A DNA stretch of 64,000 nucleotides from Leptonemataceae bacterium (lineage in GTDB: Bacteria > Spirochaetota > Leptospiria > Leptospirales > Leptonemataceae): positions 672,001 through 736,000 of the forward strand of contig OZ245742.1 in the NCBI GenBank assembly GCA_965227295.1, read 5' to 3'. Shown piece by piece: positions 17,336 through 26,742 of this stretch. The notes under the pieces are model-generated. The model ran no database searches and was not told the origin of the DNA. It worked only from the letters and a program-made list of their open reading frames with translations. The position numbers were made by a program, and so were the translations under genes. Numbering within the stretch: position 1 is the first letter of the stretch; every line of letters starts with the position of its first letter.

Positions 17336-18466
17336 ATGCTGCGCCTTCTGCATTGCTCCGACTTACATCTCAGCGCCCGGGACTCCGACTCCAACGAACG
17401 TGAGTACAGCCTTGATGTCCTCCGGGAAATCGTCACGCATGCCGAACGCGAGGAGGCCGCCGCCATCCTCATCGCCGGGGATCTCTTCAACACCTTCTCC
17501 GACGCCGAGGCCCTGCGCGCCCCGGTGCGGGACATCCTCGCTCAGTACTCCGGCGAGGTGTTTTACGTACCCGGCAACCACGAGGAACTGGAGCGGGGCC
17601 GCAAAAGTCTGGCCCGCCTCGACCTGGCGCCCCTCCAGGTTCTGCAGGAGCTGCCGGCTTCCCTGCTGCGCCGCGAGTACAACGGACTTACGCTGGAGAT
17701 CGTAAGCATCCCGCACCAGAAAGAGTACGGCGACGCACCGTCCCTCGGACTCCCGGCGAAGGACGCAGATCTGCGCATCGTCATGGCCCACGGCATTGTC
17801 GCCGACCTCGCTTACTCCGGGCCGGCGGGCGCCGAGGAAAACGAAGCCGGCATCCTCGACCCGCGACTCTTCGTCGGTCTGGAAGCAGACTACGCCGCCC
17901 TGGGTCACATCCACGCGCGGCGCCTGGAAAGCCGCAACGGAGTTACGTTCTGTTATCCCGGTTCGCCCCGGGTCTGGCGGCGCGGCGAAAGCGGTGAGCG
18001 CACGGTGGCCCTGCTGGATGTTAACGCCGGTGGCTCCTTCCACGTTCGCTTCGTACCGATCCAGACGGCCGGAACCTACCGGCGCGTGGAGTTGCCGCTC
18101 TCGCTACAGGGCGAGGCCCCGGAGCTCTACGACGCCGACCTGTGGCAACCCCAGGACTACGTGGACCTGCGCCTCAGCGGGCTCGTGGAAGATGAAAACA
18201 CCGTCGTCAACCTCGAAGGTGAACTGCGGCGACAGCACGGGCAACGCGTACGGCGCTTCGAAGTCCGCCGGGACGATGTGGAAGTCCTGGAAGGCGTCTC
18301 CGGCGAACCGGTGGCCCGCAAGTTCCTGGAACTCTGGAAACAGCGGGAACCCGTAGTGGCCCCGGGCAAAACCGACGACGAACGCGAATCGTACAACGTC
18401 TACCTGCGCGCCCGGGAACTGGCCCTGCACGAAATCAAACGCGCCCTGGAAGGCCGCATACGCTAA
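17336..18466 (+). CDS. SbcD/Mre11/YhaO-family metallophosphoesterase nuclease
   Basis: HCSDLHL, AGDLF, PGNHE, MAHG, DYAALGHIH, YPGSP. Confidence 0.9.
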   Translation: MLRLLHCSDLHLSARDSDSNEREYSLDVLREIVTHAEREEAAAILIAGDLFNTFSDAEALRAPVRDILAQYSGEVFYVPGNHEELERGRKSLARLDLAPLQVLQELPASLLRREYNGLTLEIVSIPHQKEYGDAPSLGLPAKDADLRIVMAHGIVADLAYSGPAGAEENEAGILDPRLFVGLEADYAALGHIHARRLESRNGVTFCYPGSPRVWRRGESGERTVALLDVNAGGSFHVRFVPIQTAGTYRRVELPLSLQGEAPELYDADLWQPQDYVDLRLSGLVEDENTVVNLEGELRRQHGQRVRRFEVRRDDVEVLEGVSGEPVARKFLELWKQREPVVAPGKTDDERESYNVYLRARELALHEIKRALEGRIR

Positions 18467-18502
18467 CATCCCAACACAAACTTTTAGCCAGGATCGATCA
18501 AC

Positions 18503-20908
18503 GTGAGCACCCAATCCAACGACCTCTTCGCCCCGACCGCCGTCACTCCCGACGACGCTCCGGAAAATCAACTGCGCCGCCTGGAACTGCGCCGTTTCGG
18601 AAAGTTCCAGGATCGCAGCTTCGACCTGGGCCCGTCGCTCACCATCTTCCACGGAAAGAACGAGGCCGGTAAAACGACCCTCTTCGACGCCCTGTCCGAG
18701 GCGTTGTGTCGCCCCAAGGGCTCGCACCGCATGGGTAAGGCCATTCGCGAACGTTACGGGGACGAGTACGAAGTCGGCCTCATCGACGAACACGGCGAAG
18801 ATCTGCGCGCCGGGAAAAACGGCGCCGTCTTTTCCGAGGACGAGTTTCAGAACCTCTACGCCGTGCGTGCCGGAGAAAACGAGATCCGCCTGGACGCGGG
18901 CGGCAAGTGGGTGGAGCGTCTGAAGGCCCGTCTGTTTTCGGCGGACGTGGACCCGGCCGTCATTGCAAAGAACCTCGGAGAAATCGTGAGCGAGGACAAA
19001 CGTCGCTCGCATCAGAAAGGGCTCATCGCCGCGCAAAAAGAGTACGACGATCTCTCGGCACAGCTGGATCAGAAACGCAGCGAGTACGACGGCATCGTCG
19101 CACGGGAACAGAACATTGAACGTTTGAATGCGGCCCTCGCGGAGAATCAACAAAAGATCACGGCTTTGCAAGAACGCTTAAGTACCGGCGAACAAGAGTT
19201 AGTCCGCGAAGACCGCATTCGCGAGCGCGCCGGTTGGGCCCGGCGCTGGAAGGACCTCGTCGATCTACAGAAAGCCGAGCAGCGCGCCCGGGATCTGAGC
19301 CGCTATCGCACGGACGAACACGCGGACCTGGATCGCATCGAACAGAGCATCGCCGATGTACGCACGCAAGCCGGCTCGGTCCAGGCCGGTCTGGAGCACA
19401 AGAACGGCGACCTGGAACGCCTGCGCAAAGACCTGAGCGCCCTGGAAGAACTTTCGCCGGCCTTGAAAGCCCGGAGCGAGACCGCGGCGCTCTGCCTGGA
19501 TCGCATTCAACAGAACGTACACAATCGCTACAGCCGCCAGGTGGTGCGCTGGAACAAATGGATGCTCGGCGCCGCTACGCTCTTGACCGCGATCGGAGCG
19601 GGGCTGGGGTTCACGCTGTCCGGAGAAGTTGCTTACATCGGTATCGGCGTGGCCCTGGTCGCGGCGAGTGCCCTGGTTTCGTTTGCGCGCAGCAAAGAAC
19701 TCGTCACCGACGACGGCCCGCATCGGGAACTGCTGGCAACGTTGCAGGACGAATGGCGGTCTCGTTTTGACGAAGATCTCAGCGCGACCAACAGCCTGGA
19801 CGCTCTGCGCGAAGAACTTGTTCGCCGCCGCCATCGCTATGAGAGCGAACACCTCCGCGAAATGGATCGGCTGGCCGCTGAAATCCGCAGCCTGGAAGAA
19901 AACGTGCGTACCCTGGAGCAACAGCGCGACGACCTCGGCCGGCGCATGACGGAGCTGGAGGAACAGCGCAATGCCTGGCTGCGCGAACACGATGTCCGCG
20001 ACCGCGATGAATACCTGGAACGTTGCCGGGCTTTCGCGGCGGCACGATCCTCCGCGACGGAACTGGAACAGCGAGTGCTGCGTGAGTTAAACAAACTGCA
20101 CGCGTCCGCGAGAGACGGAGAGGCCCCGGCTTCGGGCGATCCGGAATCTCTCCGCGAGGAATGCGAACGCCGGCTGCGCGACTTTGATCGGGAAGGCGTA
20201 CCCGAAAGCGGTCGGAGCGATGCGGAGTACCGTCGCCTCAAGAACGAAACGGAAGCAGCCCGGAGCGATCTGGCAGCCTTGCAGCAGGAGAATCGCAGTC
20301 TCGCCGAACGCCGCGCCGGGGACGCCGGAGAACTACGTGGCGCCACCGCGCGGCTCAGCCGGGAAATCGGCGAGCTGGAACAACGGCTCCTGTATGTGGA
20401 GCAGGACATCGCAAAGAAGAAACTGGATCGCAAGGCGGCGGGCCTGGCGCTGGAAATCTTTGAAACACTGCAACAGGACAATCATCTCATGCTGGAAGAA
20501 CTCGCGCGGGATCTCCAGGGTTCCGTGGCAAACATCCTTCCGGAACGCGACGTGCGCTTTGCCGAGCCGTCGTTGAACATGCAGACCTTCTCGATGCAGG
20601 ACGCCGGCGGCACCGAACGTCCGGTGGCCCAACTATCCCGAAGTACGGCGGACTCATTCTTGTTCGCGGCGCGGGCGGCCCTGGCCCGTCGCAGCCACGA
20701 CGATGGGCGCCCCGGCATTCTGGTTTTCGACGAGCCCTTCGCGTCCTTCGACGACGAGCGAGACGTACGCTGTCTGGAGTTTCTACGAAAGTTTCAGAAC
20801 GAAACCGGCTGGCAGATCATCCTCTTCACGAAAGACCGCCGCTTTTTCGAAGAAGCGCGCACTATGTTCCACGACGCGGTCGCACACGAACTGGAAGCCG
20901 CCCGGTGA
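18503..20908 (+). CDS. YhaN/SbcC-like SMC-type ATPase with internal hydrophobic hairpin
   Basis: FGKFQD, Walker A GKNEAGKTT, long coiled coils, two TM-like segments, LSRST signature, VFDEPFASFDDER, ILFT. Confidence 0.85.
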   Translation: MSTQSNDLFAPTAVTPDDAPENQLRRLELRRFGKFQDRSFDLGPSLTIFHGKNEAGKTTLFDALSEALCRPKGSHRMGKAIRERYGDEYEVGLIDEHGEDLRAGKNGAVFSEDEFQNLYAVRAGENEIRLDAGGKWVERLKARLFSADVDPAVIAKNLGEIVSEDKRRSHQKGLIAAQKEYDDLSAQLDQKRSEYDGIVAREQNIERLNAALAENQQKITALQERLSTGEQELVREDRIRERAGWARRWKDLVDLQKAEQRARDLSRYRTDEHADLDRIEQSIADVRTQAGSVQAGLEHKNGDLERLRKDLSALEELSPALKARSETAALCLDRIQQNVHNRYSRQVVRWNKWMLGAATLLTAIGAGLGFTLSGEVAYIGIGVALVAASALVSFARSKELVTDDGPHRELLATLQDEWRSRFDEDLSATNSLDALREELVRRRHRYESEHLREMDRLAAEIRSLEENVRTLEQQRDDLGRRMTELEEQRNAWLREHDVRDRDEYLERCRAFAAARSSATELEQRVLRELNKLHASARDGEAPASGDPESLREECERRLRDFDREGVPESGRSDAEYRRLKNETEAARSDLAALQQENRSLAERRAGDAGELRGATARLSREIGELEQRLLYVEQDIAKKKLDRKAAGLALEIFETLQQDNHLMLEELARDLQGSVANILPERDVRFAEPSLNMQTFSMQDAGGTERPVAQLSRSTADSFLFAARAALARRSHDDGRPGILVFDEPFASFDDERDVRCLEFLRKFQNETGWQIILFTKDRRFFEEARTMFHDAVAHELEAAR

Positions 20909-20916
20909 TCGAAGCC

Positions 20917-20973
20917 GCAAATCCGCACCCCGGAGCCCCGCGGATAGAGCGGGGCTCCGGGGTGCGGATTTGC
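20917..20973. terminator. Perfect 25-bp inverted repeat between convergent genes
   Basis: GCAAATCCGCACCCCGGAGCCCCGC-GGATAGA-GCGGGGCTCCGGGGTGCGGATTTGC, starting 9 bp after the ATPase stop. Confidence 0.7.
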
Positions 20974-21167
20974 TTGATGGATTTTTGATTTTCCAGGCGA
21001 GGACGCCGTTCCGGTCCGCCTTACGACGTTCCCCGGCATGTCCTCCGTCCGTCGGCTGGAACCAGCTGTACCCATACAACCCTTACCAGAATCCAGGCAC
21101 AACTTACCCTGCGATTCGGGGCGTCTAAGAATTACGAACGGGATTTCCAGCAACAGCGACACGAACC

Positions 21168-22277
21168 TCAGTTCCCGCCGCCACCGCCACCGCCGCCTTG
21201 ATCGTTGTTACCACCGCCGTCCTGCTGGTTGAACGACTCCGGCTTCTTCTCGTAGTACTTCATTCGCACGAGGACGTTCACTTCTTCTTCATAGATTTCG
21301 TCACGAGAATCGGTGAGGTCACGACGATACATGGCCGGCACGCGTAGATCGAAGACCGGGTGCAGCTTCTTCGGCAGCACGTACGGGTTTTCCGTCCAGT
21401 TCATGGTAATGTCTTCGAGCGACGGAGTCTTCGGTTCTTCGAACAGGCCCTCTTCGGTAAGGCCGTGCACGTTGTGAAGCGCGTAATTGTCGAACGGGTA
21501 TTTCAGCGCGTAGATGAACGCGGCGTTGATCTTTGCCAGGCGCGCCATGCGAATGCTCGCAATGTAGTACTCGATGCGCTTCTTGCGATGGCCCGGCTGG
21601 ATCTTCTGGTTCTTCGTAAGATTGCGGTCAACGTTCAGAGCCAGGTAACGCACCTTCTTCGCGATGCCCAGGTGTTCGTAACCTTTCTCCACGTTCTTTT
21701 CCATGCGATACTTGTTCTTCGCCCAGTGCACCTCGCGCGGATCGTAACGACGCGCGGTGAGCGGGGCGTCACGGTCGTAGTTGAAGTCCCGCCGCTTGCG
21801 ACTGCCCGGCCCGTACTCCACTCCGACATCCACAACGGTCATGTCCTCGGGATTGTCCGGGTTCTTCTTTTCGATGGAGTCGCGGAGCATCTGCTCGGTA
21901 CGGTCCAGGTAAAACTGGGACAGATCTTCCAGCAAACGCTCGGAGCGAACCTGGGCATCGAGGAAACGATTGTACGCGTTGATGTAGTTGCCCTCGAAGT
22001 AGTAGATCATGCCTTCCTGGTAGATGCGCTTGATCTCCTTAAAAAGGTCTACGCGCTCCCCTTCCTGGTAGAGCGAGTCCCCTTCCCGGGGAGGCTGGTA
22101 GCAAGTCGGCCAGGGCTCGCAGGGGAAATTGTACACGATCGGCTTCATGACCCGGAGGTAGCCCATGAGCTCGATGCGTTTGTCCTGGGCCTTTTCGGCG
22201 ACGGAGTAGGCTCCGGCGGAGGCCGGCAGCAGCCACAGCCCGACGAGAAGGATGGCGATCATTTTCTTCGATTGCAT
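21168..22277 (-). CDS. Conserved exported hypothetical protein (Leptospiraceae type)
   Basis: Signal peptide ending AGA, strongly biased codons, helical body, Gly-rich tail. Confidence 0.8.
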   Translation of the reverse strand: MQSKKMIAILLVGLWLLPASAGAYSVAEKAQDKRIELMGYLRVMKPIVYNFPCEPWPTCYQPPREGDSLYQEGERVDLFKEIKRIYQEGMIYYFEGNYINAYNRFLDAQVRSERLLEDLSQFYLDRTEQMLRDSIEKKNPDNPEDMTVVDVGVEYGPGSRKRRDFNYDRDAPLTARRYDPREVHWAKNKYRMEKNVEKGYEHLGIAKKVRYLALNVDRNLTKNQKIQPGHRKKRIEYYIASIRMARLAKINAAFIYALKYPFDNYALHNVHGLTEEGLFEEPKTPSLEDITMNWTENPYVLPKKLHPVFDLRVPAMYRRDLTDSRDEIYEEEVNVLVRMKYYEKKPESFNQQDGGGNNDQGGGGGGGGN

Positions 22278-22425
22278 AACGATATCCGAAATTCGTGGAT
22301 TTCTACTACTGTAAGCTCCAGGCGGTCGGCACCGCCGGAGCGGGCGCAGAGACAGCCCGCGCTAAGTTTCCTATCGGAAATTCAAGACAGAAACCTGATT
22401 GCCTGCAACGGAAATTTCGGGCATT

Positions 22426-23325
22426 ATGGCAACTATGGCAGCAGCGAAGACCAAGGCGATTTCGTACCGTTCCAAGAAAGAGACCCGGTGTCCGGTCTGT
22501 AACTACGAATTCGCCCAGGAAAACATGCACTCCGGCGGCGGCCGGCTCATTGCCGGAAAGCTCACCGAGGAACTTCGCCGCCTGTACGAGGTCAGCAAGA
22601 AGTACGGCCGCGTCTATCCCCTGGCCTACGAAATCGTCACCTGCCCGCAGTGTCTCTATTCCAGCTTTCCGAAAGACTTTGAAAAGCTTGAGCCCGCGGA
22701 GGCCGCCGAGCTCAAGAACGCCGGCCAGGAACGACGTACCGGCATTGAACGCATCATCGGCCCGGTGGACTTCAACGAGGACCGCCACCTGGTGCTGGGG
22801 GCGGCCTCCTACATCCTGGCCATCGATTGCTACCAGAAGCGCGACACCGGCGTGGCCCCGACGCCGAAAAAGGCCATCTGCTCCCTGCGCGGGGCCTGGC
22901 TCTTCGGCGATCTACACGAAGAGTTCCCGGACATCGGCTTCAACAAAATCTCGGATTTCCTCTATATGAAAGCCGTGACCTACTACCAGCCGACCCTGGA
23001 TATTATGAGCACCGGCCGAGAACCCCACGATCAGTTTCTGTCGCTGCTGGGTCCGGACACGGACAAGAACTGGGGCTTCGACGGCGTCATCTACATCAAC
23101 GGTTATCTCACGAAGAAGTACCTGGACCGCCTGGCGCCCACGAAAGAGAAAAAGATCGAAATGCTCGACCTCTGCAAACGCCACCTGGGCAAGTTGTACG
23201 GCATGGGCCGGGCCTCATCTTCCAAGCCGTCGGTAATCATCGACCTCGCCAAGGATTGCTACGAGGCGATTTCCGAGGAACTGGATGAACTCACCGGCGC
23301 CAACGCCGAGGCCGCCGCGGGTTAA
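22426..23325 (+). CDS. DUF2225-like zinc-binding protein
   Basis: CPVC...GRLIAG.LT.ELRR.Y...YPLAY..TCPQCLY..F..DF; LRGAWLF. Confidence 0.8.
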   Translation: MATMAAAKTKAISYRSKKETRCPVCNYEFAQENMHSGGGRLIAGKLTEELRRLYEVSKKYGRVYPLAYEIVTCPQCLYSSFPKDFEKLEPAEAAELKNAGQERRTGIERIIGPVDFNEDRHLVLGAASYILAIDCYQKRDTGVAPTPKKAICSLRGAWLFGDLHEEFPDIGFNKISDFLYMKAVTYYQPTLDIMSTGREPHDQFLSLLGPDTDKNWGFDGVIYINGYLTKKYLDRLAPTKEKKIEMLDLCKRHLGKLYGMGRASSSKPSVIIDLAKDCYEAISEELDELTGANAEAAAG

Positions 23326-23348
23326 ACGCAATCCCGGCTCGCTGAAGC

Positions 23349-24185
23349 ATGTCCCGGTACGCTCTGGTCCTGGAGTACGACGGCGGCGGTTATGCCGGTT
23401 TTCAGTTCCAGGCCGGCCGCGATACCGTCCAGGAGCGTTTGCAAAGCGCGCTGAGCACGTATCTGCGTGAGCACATCACCATCCACTGCGCGGGGCGAAC
23501 GGACGCCGGAGTGCACGCCACCGGCCAGGTCATCTCCTTCGATTCGCAACACGAGGATCTTTCGCAAGACCGGCGTTTCCTGAAAAGCGTCAACGCCATT
23601 TTGCCCGCGGACATCGCCGTGCATTCGGTGGACGCCGTGCCGGCGGATTTCCACGCGCGTTTCTCCTGCATTGCCCGCAGCTACGAGTACTTCATCTGGA
23701 ACGATCCCATCAAACCCGCGCTGGGCAAGGACCGCGCCGTGTGGATTCGTTCACCGATCTTCGACGATACGATGATCGAGCGCACGAACGCGGAGTGCCG
23801 GGAACTCCTCGGCAGCCAGGACTTTGCCGCGTTCACCCGCGCCGAGTACCGCGACGAGGTCACCATTCGTTATCTCGATACCCTGCGCCTGGATCGTCTC
23901 CACGATCCCGCCTCGGACCGCGCTTCGCTGCTGCGCCTGTCCATTCGCGGGAACGCCTTCTTGCACAACATGATTCGCATCCTCGCGGGCACTATCGTGG
24001 ACCGCGCCCAGAACAAAATCACCGCGCCCCTGGTGGAAATACTCCACGGCCGGGAGCGCACGGCAGCGGGTCGCACCGCTCCTCCCGGCGGGCTGTATTT
24101 TCGCGCCGCGTTTTACGACCCCGCGGACGTCGGCGACGCAAGGTCCCTGCGCACACTGGAAAAATATCCGCGCTTTCGGACATAA
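23349..24185 (+). CDS. truA: tRNA pseudouridine(38-40) synthase
   Basis: LEYDG..Y.GFQ.Q, AGRTDAGVHATGQ, FHARF, GNAFLHNMIR, TAPPGGLY. Confidence 0.95.
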   Translation: MSRYALVLEYDGGGYAGFQFQAGRDTVQERLQSALSTYLREHITIHCAGRTDAGVHATGQVISFDSQHEDLSQDRRFLKSVNAILPADIAVHSVDAVPADFHARFSCIARSYEYFIWNDPIKPALGKDRAVWIRSPIFDDTMIERTNAECRELLGSQDFAAFTRAEYRDEVTIRYLDTLRLDRLHDPASDRASLLRLSIRGNAFLHNMIRILAGTIVDRAQNKITAPLVEILHGRERTAAGRTAPPGGLYFRAAFYDPADVGDARSLRTLEKYPRFRT

Positions 24186-24263
24186 GTCGCGGTTTTGGGT
24201 GAACAGAAAACAACATGCGGCCCTCTAACTCTGCGGGTGCTATCGCCGCTGCCTGTGCTCAGG

Positions 24264-24383
24264 TCTTGCGTTAGCGATTGGAGGGGTGCGCGTTAGCGCA
24301 GTCCGGAGGGCGAAGCCCGGAGGACCGGAGCGAAGCGGAGCCCCGGAAAGCGCGCCCCGAGCGCAGCGAGGGAAACGCCCAGA
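24264..24383 (-). repeat. Multi-hairpin dispersed repeat, copy 3 (inverted)
   Basis: Minus strand GGGCG...GCGCTTTCCGGGGCTCCGC-TTC-GCTCCG-GTCC..GGGC-TTC-GCCC..GGAC-TGCGC-TAAC-GCGCA-CCCCTCCAATCGC: same architecture as copies 1 and 2. Confidence 0.75.
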
Positions 24384-24452
24384 CTAACATTATTTGAATA
24401 CACATTAGTAATTTCGATTTACTGCAATAAATCCAGTGATTCTTGAGATTTT

Positions 24453-24572
24453 TTTGGGCGCCTCGCCGCTACGCGGCGACCGGGCTGCTACAGGCTCCGC
24501 CTTCGGCTTCGGTCCTCCGCGCTTCGCGCTACGGACTCGCTACGCGACCTTCCGCATCCCTGGCGCGAAGAA
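24453..24572 (+). repeat. Multi-hairpin dispersed repeat, copy 2
   Basis: TTTGGGCG..TCGCCGC-TAC-GCGGCGA-CCGGGC...AGG...GTCC..GCGC-TTC-GCGC..GGAC-TCGC-TAC-GCGA-CCT..CCC..GCGCGAAGAA. Confidence 0.85.
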
Positions 24573-24720
24573 TTGTCTGTTCGAACATGAGCCGGCATGC
24601 CGGGGCACGTTGCTCTTTCATCCATTCGACCGCCTTTCCCGATTTCGGTGGTTCGTTAATTTCTTGAAGGCGCGGGGCGTTCCGAATCTCTATCCAAATT
24701 CCACCGCGATCCGCGTGCTC

Positions 24721-25368
24721 ATGAAGTTTTCCGCTTTCAGTTTCCCTGGTTTGTCCCTCGCCGCCCTGGTGCTCGGCATCCTGCTGGCCGTTCCCTCCGA
24801 ACTCGCCGCCCAGGATCGCCCGTCGCGGCTGCGTCATGAGTTCGGTATCTGGGTGGGCGCCTCCAATCCCGTGCCGGGCACGGCCGTGGACGAAATCCTG
24901 GACGCGAACGTCGGCGGCGGCGGCTTTTATCGTGTCAACTGGCCGTGGGTCCTGTACACGGAGTTCGGTTTCTCGTGGAGCCAGTACTTTTCCCGGACGA
25001 CGCAGACGCTCACCGCGGCCCCGGTCTACGGCGCCATCAGCTACCAGTTGCCCATCGAGTTCAAAGTGCAGACCTTTTTGAAAATCGGGGGTGGTGCGGC
25101 CTGGCTGGAAGTCCGACCGGCGAACCGCAGCGGTTGGGAGCCGCTCTTTTATTCGGGCGTGGAGTTCTCGATTCCCGCCAGCCGGCGTCTGCGCGTGGGC
25201 CTGCGCCTGGACTACAATCTCATCTACGAAAAACACCTGGATCCGCCGGAACAAAATCTGCTGCTGCTCCTGGGCAACGACGATCCGCGCTTCCAGGAAG
25301 CCGAAGTCTACGAAATCAACAACGGCCACTTCTTCCACTTCGGCCTCTTCGTCTCGTATGCGTTCTAG
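24721..25368 (+). CDS. Putative outer-membrane beta-barrel protein
   Basis: Signal peptide ending LAA-Q, alternating amphipathic strands, C-terminal FVSYAF aromatic beta-signal. Confidence 0.75.
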   Translation: MKFSAFSFPGLSLAALVLGILLAVPSELAAQDRPSRLRHEFGIWVGASNPVPGTAVDEILDANVGGGGFYRVNWPWVLYTEFGFSWSQYFSRTTQTLTAAPVYGAISYQLPIEFKVQTFLKIGGGAAWLEVRPANRSGWEPLFYSGVEFSIPASRRLRVGLRLDYNLIYEKHLDPPEQNLLLLLGNDDPRFQEAEVYEINNGHFFHFGLFVSYAF

Positions 25369-25395
25369 TCCGCTAAGTGTCGGCCGATAAATATT

Positions 25396-26730
25396 ATGAA
25401 ATTTTCTCGCAGCATTCTTACTCTCTTCACCGCGGCCCTGCTGGGCGGTTCGCTCGCGCATTGCAACGCCTTCGACGGCGACGACGGTCTGCCGTTGATC
25501 TCGACGCTCATCAACAGCCGCATGGTGGTGATCCTTAAGGGAACCTACGCTACGGATGCCCCGCTCAACTTTAATCAAATCAACGGTGACACGATTTTCC
25601 GCGACTCCGACGACGCGATTGGAAACATCGGCGACCCGGTAACGACCGGCTGTCTGCCCTTCGCGGATCCGGCGTGCATGCCGCGTTACTCGCAGTTGCC
25701 CATTTACATCGACATCGGAGAGATCCGCCTGTCTTCGCGGAACCCTTTAGACGAGGATCTCACCCAGGTTCAAAACCAGGAACAGTCCGAGGAGTTCTGG
25801 GACGTCGTTTCCACGGAACGCCAGGTCTACTGTTCGCAACTCTACTCCATCGACTTCGGTGAGGACGCGTGTTTCCAGACCGGCGGCCTGATCAACTTCC
25901 AGGAATTCATGAACGGACGCGGTGCCGTGTATCCCAGCCGCGACATCGGCTCCGAAGTTTACCTGCACGCCGGCGTCTTCGTGCGCGCCTTCGCCACGGG
26001 CTGGGGTTTCGTGAACGGGGCCCTGGCGGAGGACCGGTTCGATAACCGCGACATCATCGGCTCGAACGTCATTCCCCTTTTGAACTACGATCCCAACGAA
26101 GACGAGGTCATCCAGTCACTGATCGCCCCGGATTGGTTTCCGTTGCACCATACGATCCAGCTCGGCCAGGAGCCGACGCTCTACAAGGATTTCGCCAACA
26201 ACGCCCTGGTGCTTGAAATTCGCTCGAACATCAAAGAGAACATGATGCTGCATTCGTTCCAGAACGCGAACGACGAAACTCAGTCCGTCGTTACCATGAG
26301 CGATTGGCGACGCAATCACGACGACAGCTTCGACGATCGCGGCATCAACATGGGCGGCAGCGTACTGACCCGGGCACGCATGTTCTATCCCGCCGTTACG
26401 AATACGATGATCATTGACGGCGGCGTGGAAAGCACGCGGCACTACTACGCGGTCTACATTACGAACGAACAGGATCAGGGCGACCAGCTCCCCTACGCCG
26501 CGACCCCGGTGCGCAGCGGCAGCAATAACTCGCTTGCGAATCTAATGCCGCTGCCGTATACCGTCCAGTGCCGCTACGACTGCCGCCACGACGGGTACCC
26601 CGAAGTGGTCCTGAGTTCCAGCGAGACCATCTTTACAAACAACGGCCCCGGTGTGGTCTACATCAATCTGCCCTGCGGCTGCGGCATCGACCCGCCCGCA
26701 GGTTGTGATGCGGACCCGGGCTGCTATTGA
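25396..26730 (+). CDS. Cys-containing surface lipoprotein (Leptospiraceae type)
   Basis: Spirochaetal lipobox LAHC; ILKGTYATD.P; C-terminal CRYDC..DGYPE and further Cys. Confidence 0.75.
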   Translation: MKFSRSILTLFTAALLGGSLAHCNAFDGDDGLPLISTLINSRMVVILKGTYATDAPLNFNQINGDTIFRDSDDAIGNIGDPVTTGCLPFADPACMPRYSQLPIYIDIGEIRLSSRNPLDEDLTQVQNQEQSEEFWDVVSTERQVYCSQLYSIDFGEDACFQTGGLINFQEFMNGRGAVYPSRDIGSEVYLHAGVFVRAFATGWGFVNGALAEDRFDNRDIIGSNVIPLLNYDPNEDEVIQSLIAPDWFPLHHTIQLGQEPTLYKDFANNALVLEIRSNIKENMMLHSFQNANDETQSVVTMSDWRRNHDDSFDDRGINMGGSVLTRARMFYPAVTNTMIIDGGVESTRHYYAVYITNEQDQGDQLPYAATPVRSGSNNSLANLMPLPYTVQCRYDCRHDGYPEVVLSSSETIFTNNGPGVVYINLPCGCGIDPPAGCDADPGCY

Positions 26731-26742
26731 ACCGGAGGGTTT

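Noticed and set aside
17336-20908. SbcD/SMC pair as a Wadjet- or Lamassu-type defence system
   Set aside because: No kleisin/KITE or effector genes; architecture and host-like composition fit the housekeeping YhaO/YhaN type.
21360-22502. Long antisense ORFs (also 50378-51484, 37901-39136, 18104-19171, 24529-25578)
   Set aside because: Shadow frames of well-supported genes in GC-rich DNA, without recognisable motifs.
24223-24276. attC-like pair CTCTAAC ... GTTAGCG
   Set aside because: No complementary L boxes inside, the right end belongs to repeat copy 3, and no integron integrase or cassette array is present.
24436-24720. 95-aa N-terminal extension of the beta-barrel ORF
   Set aside because: Translation of repeat copy 2 and intergenic DNA; the signal peptide starts at ATG 24721.
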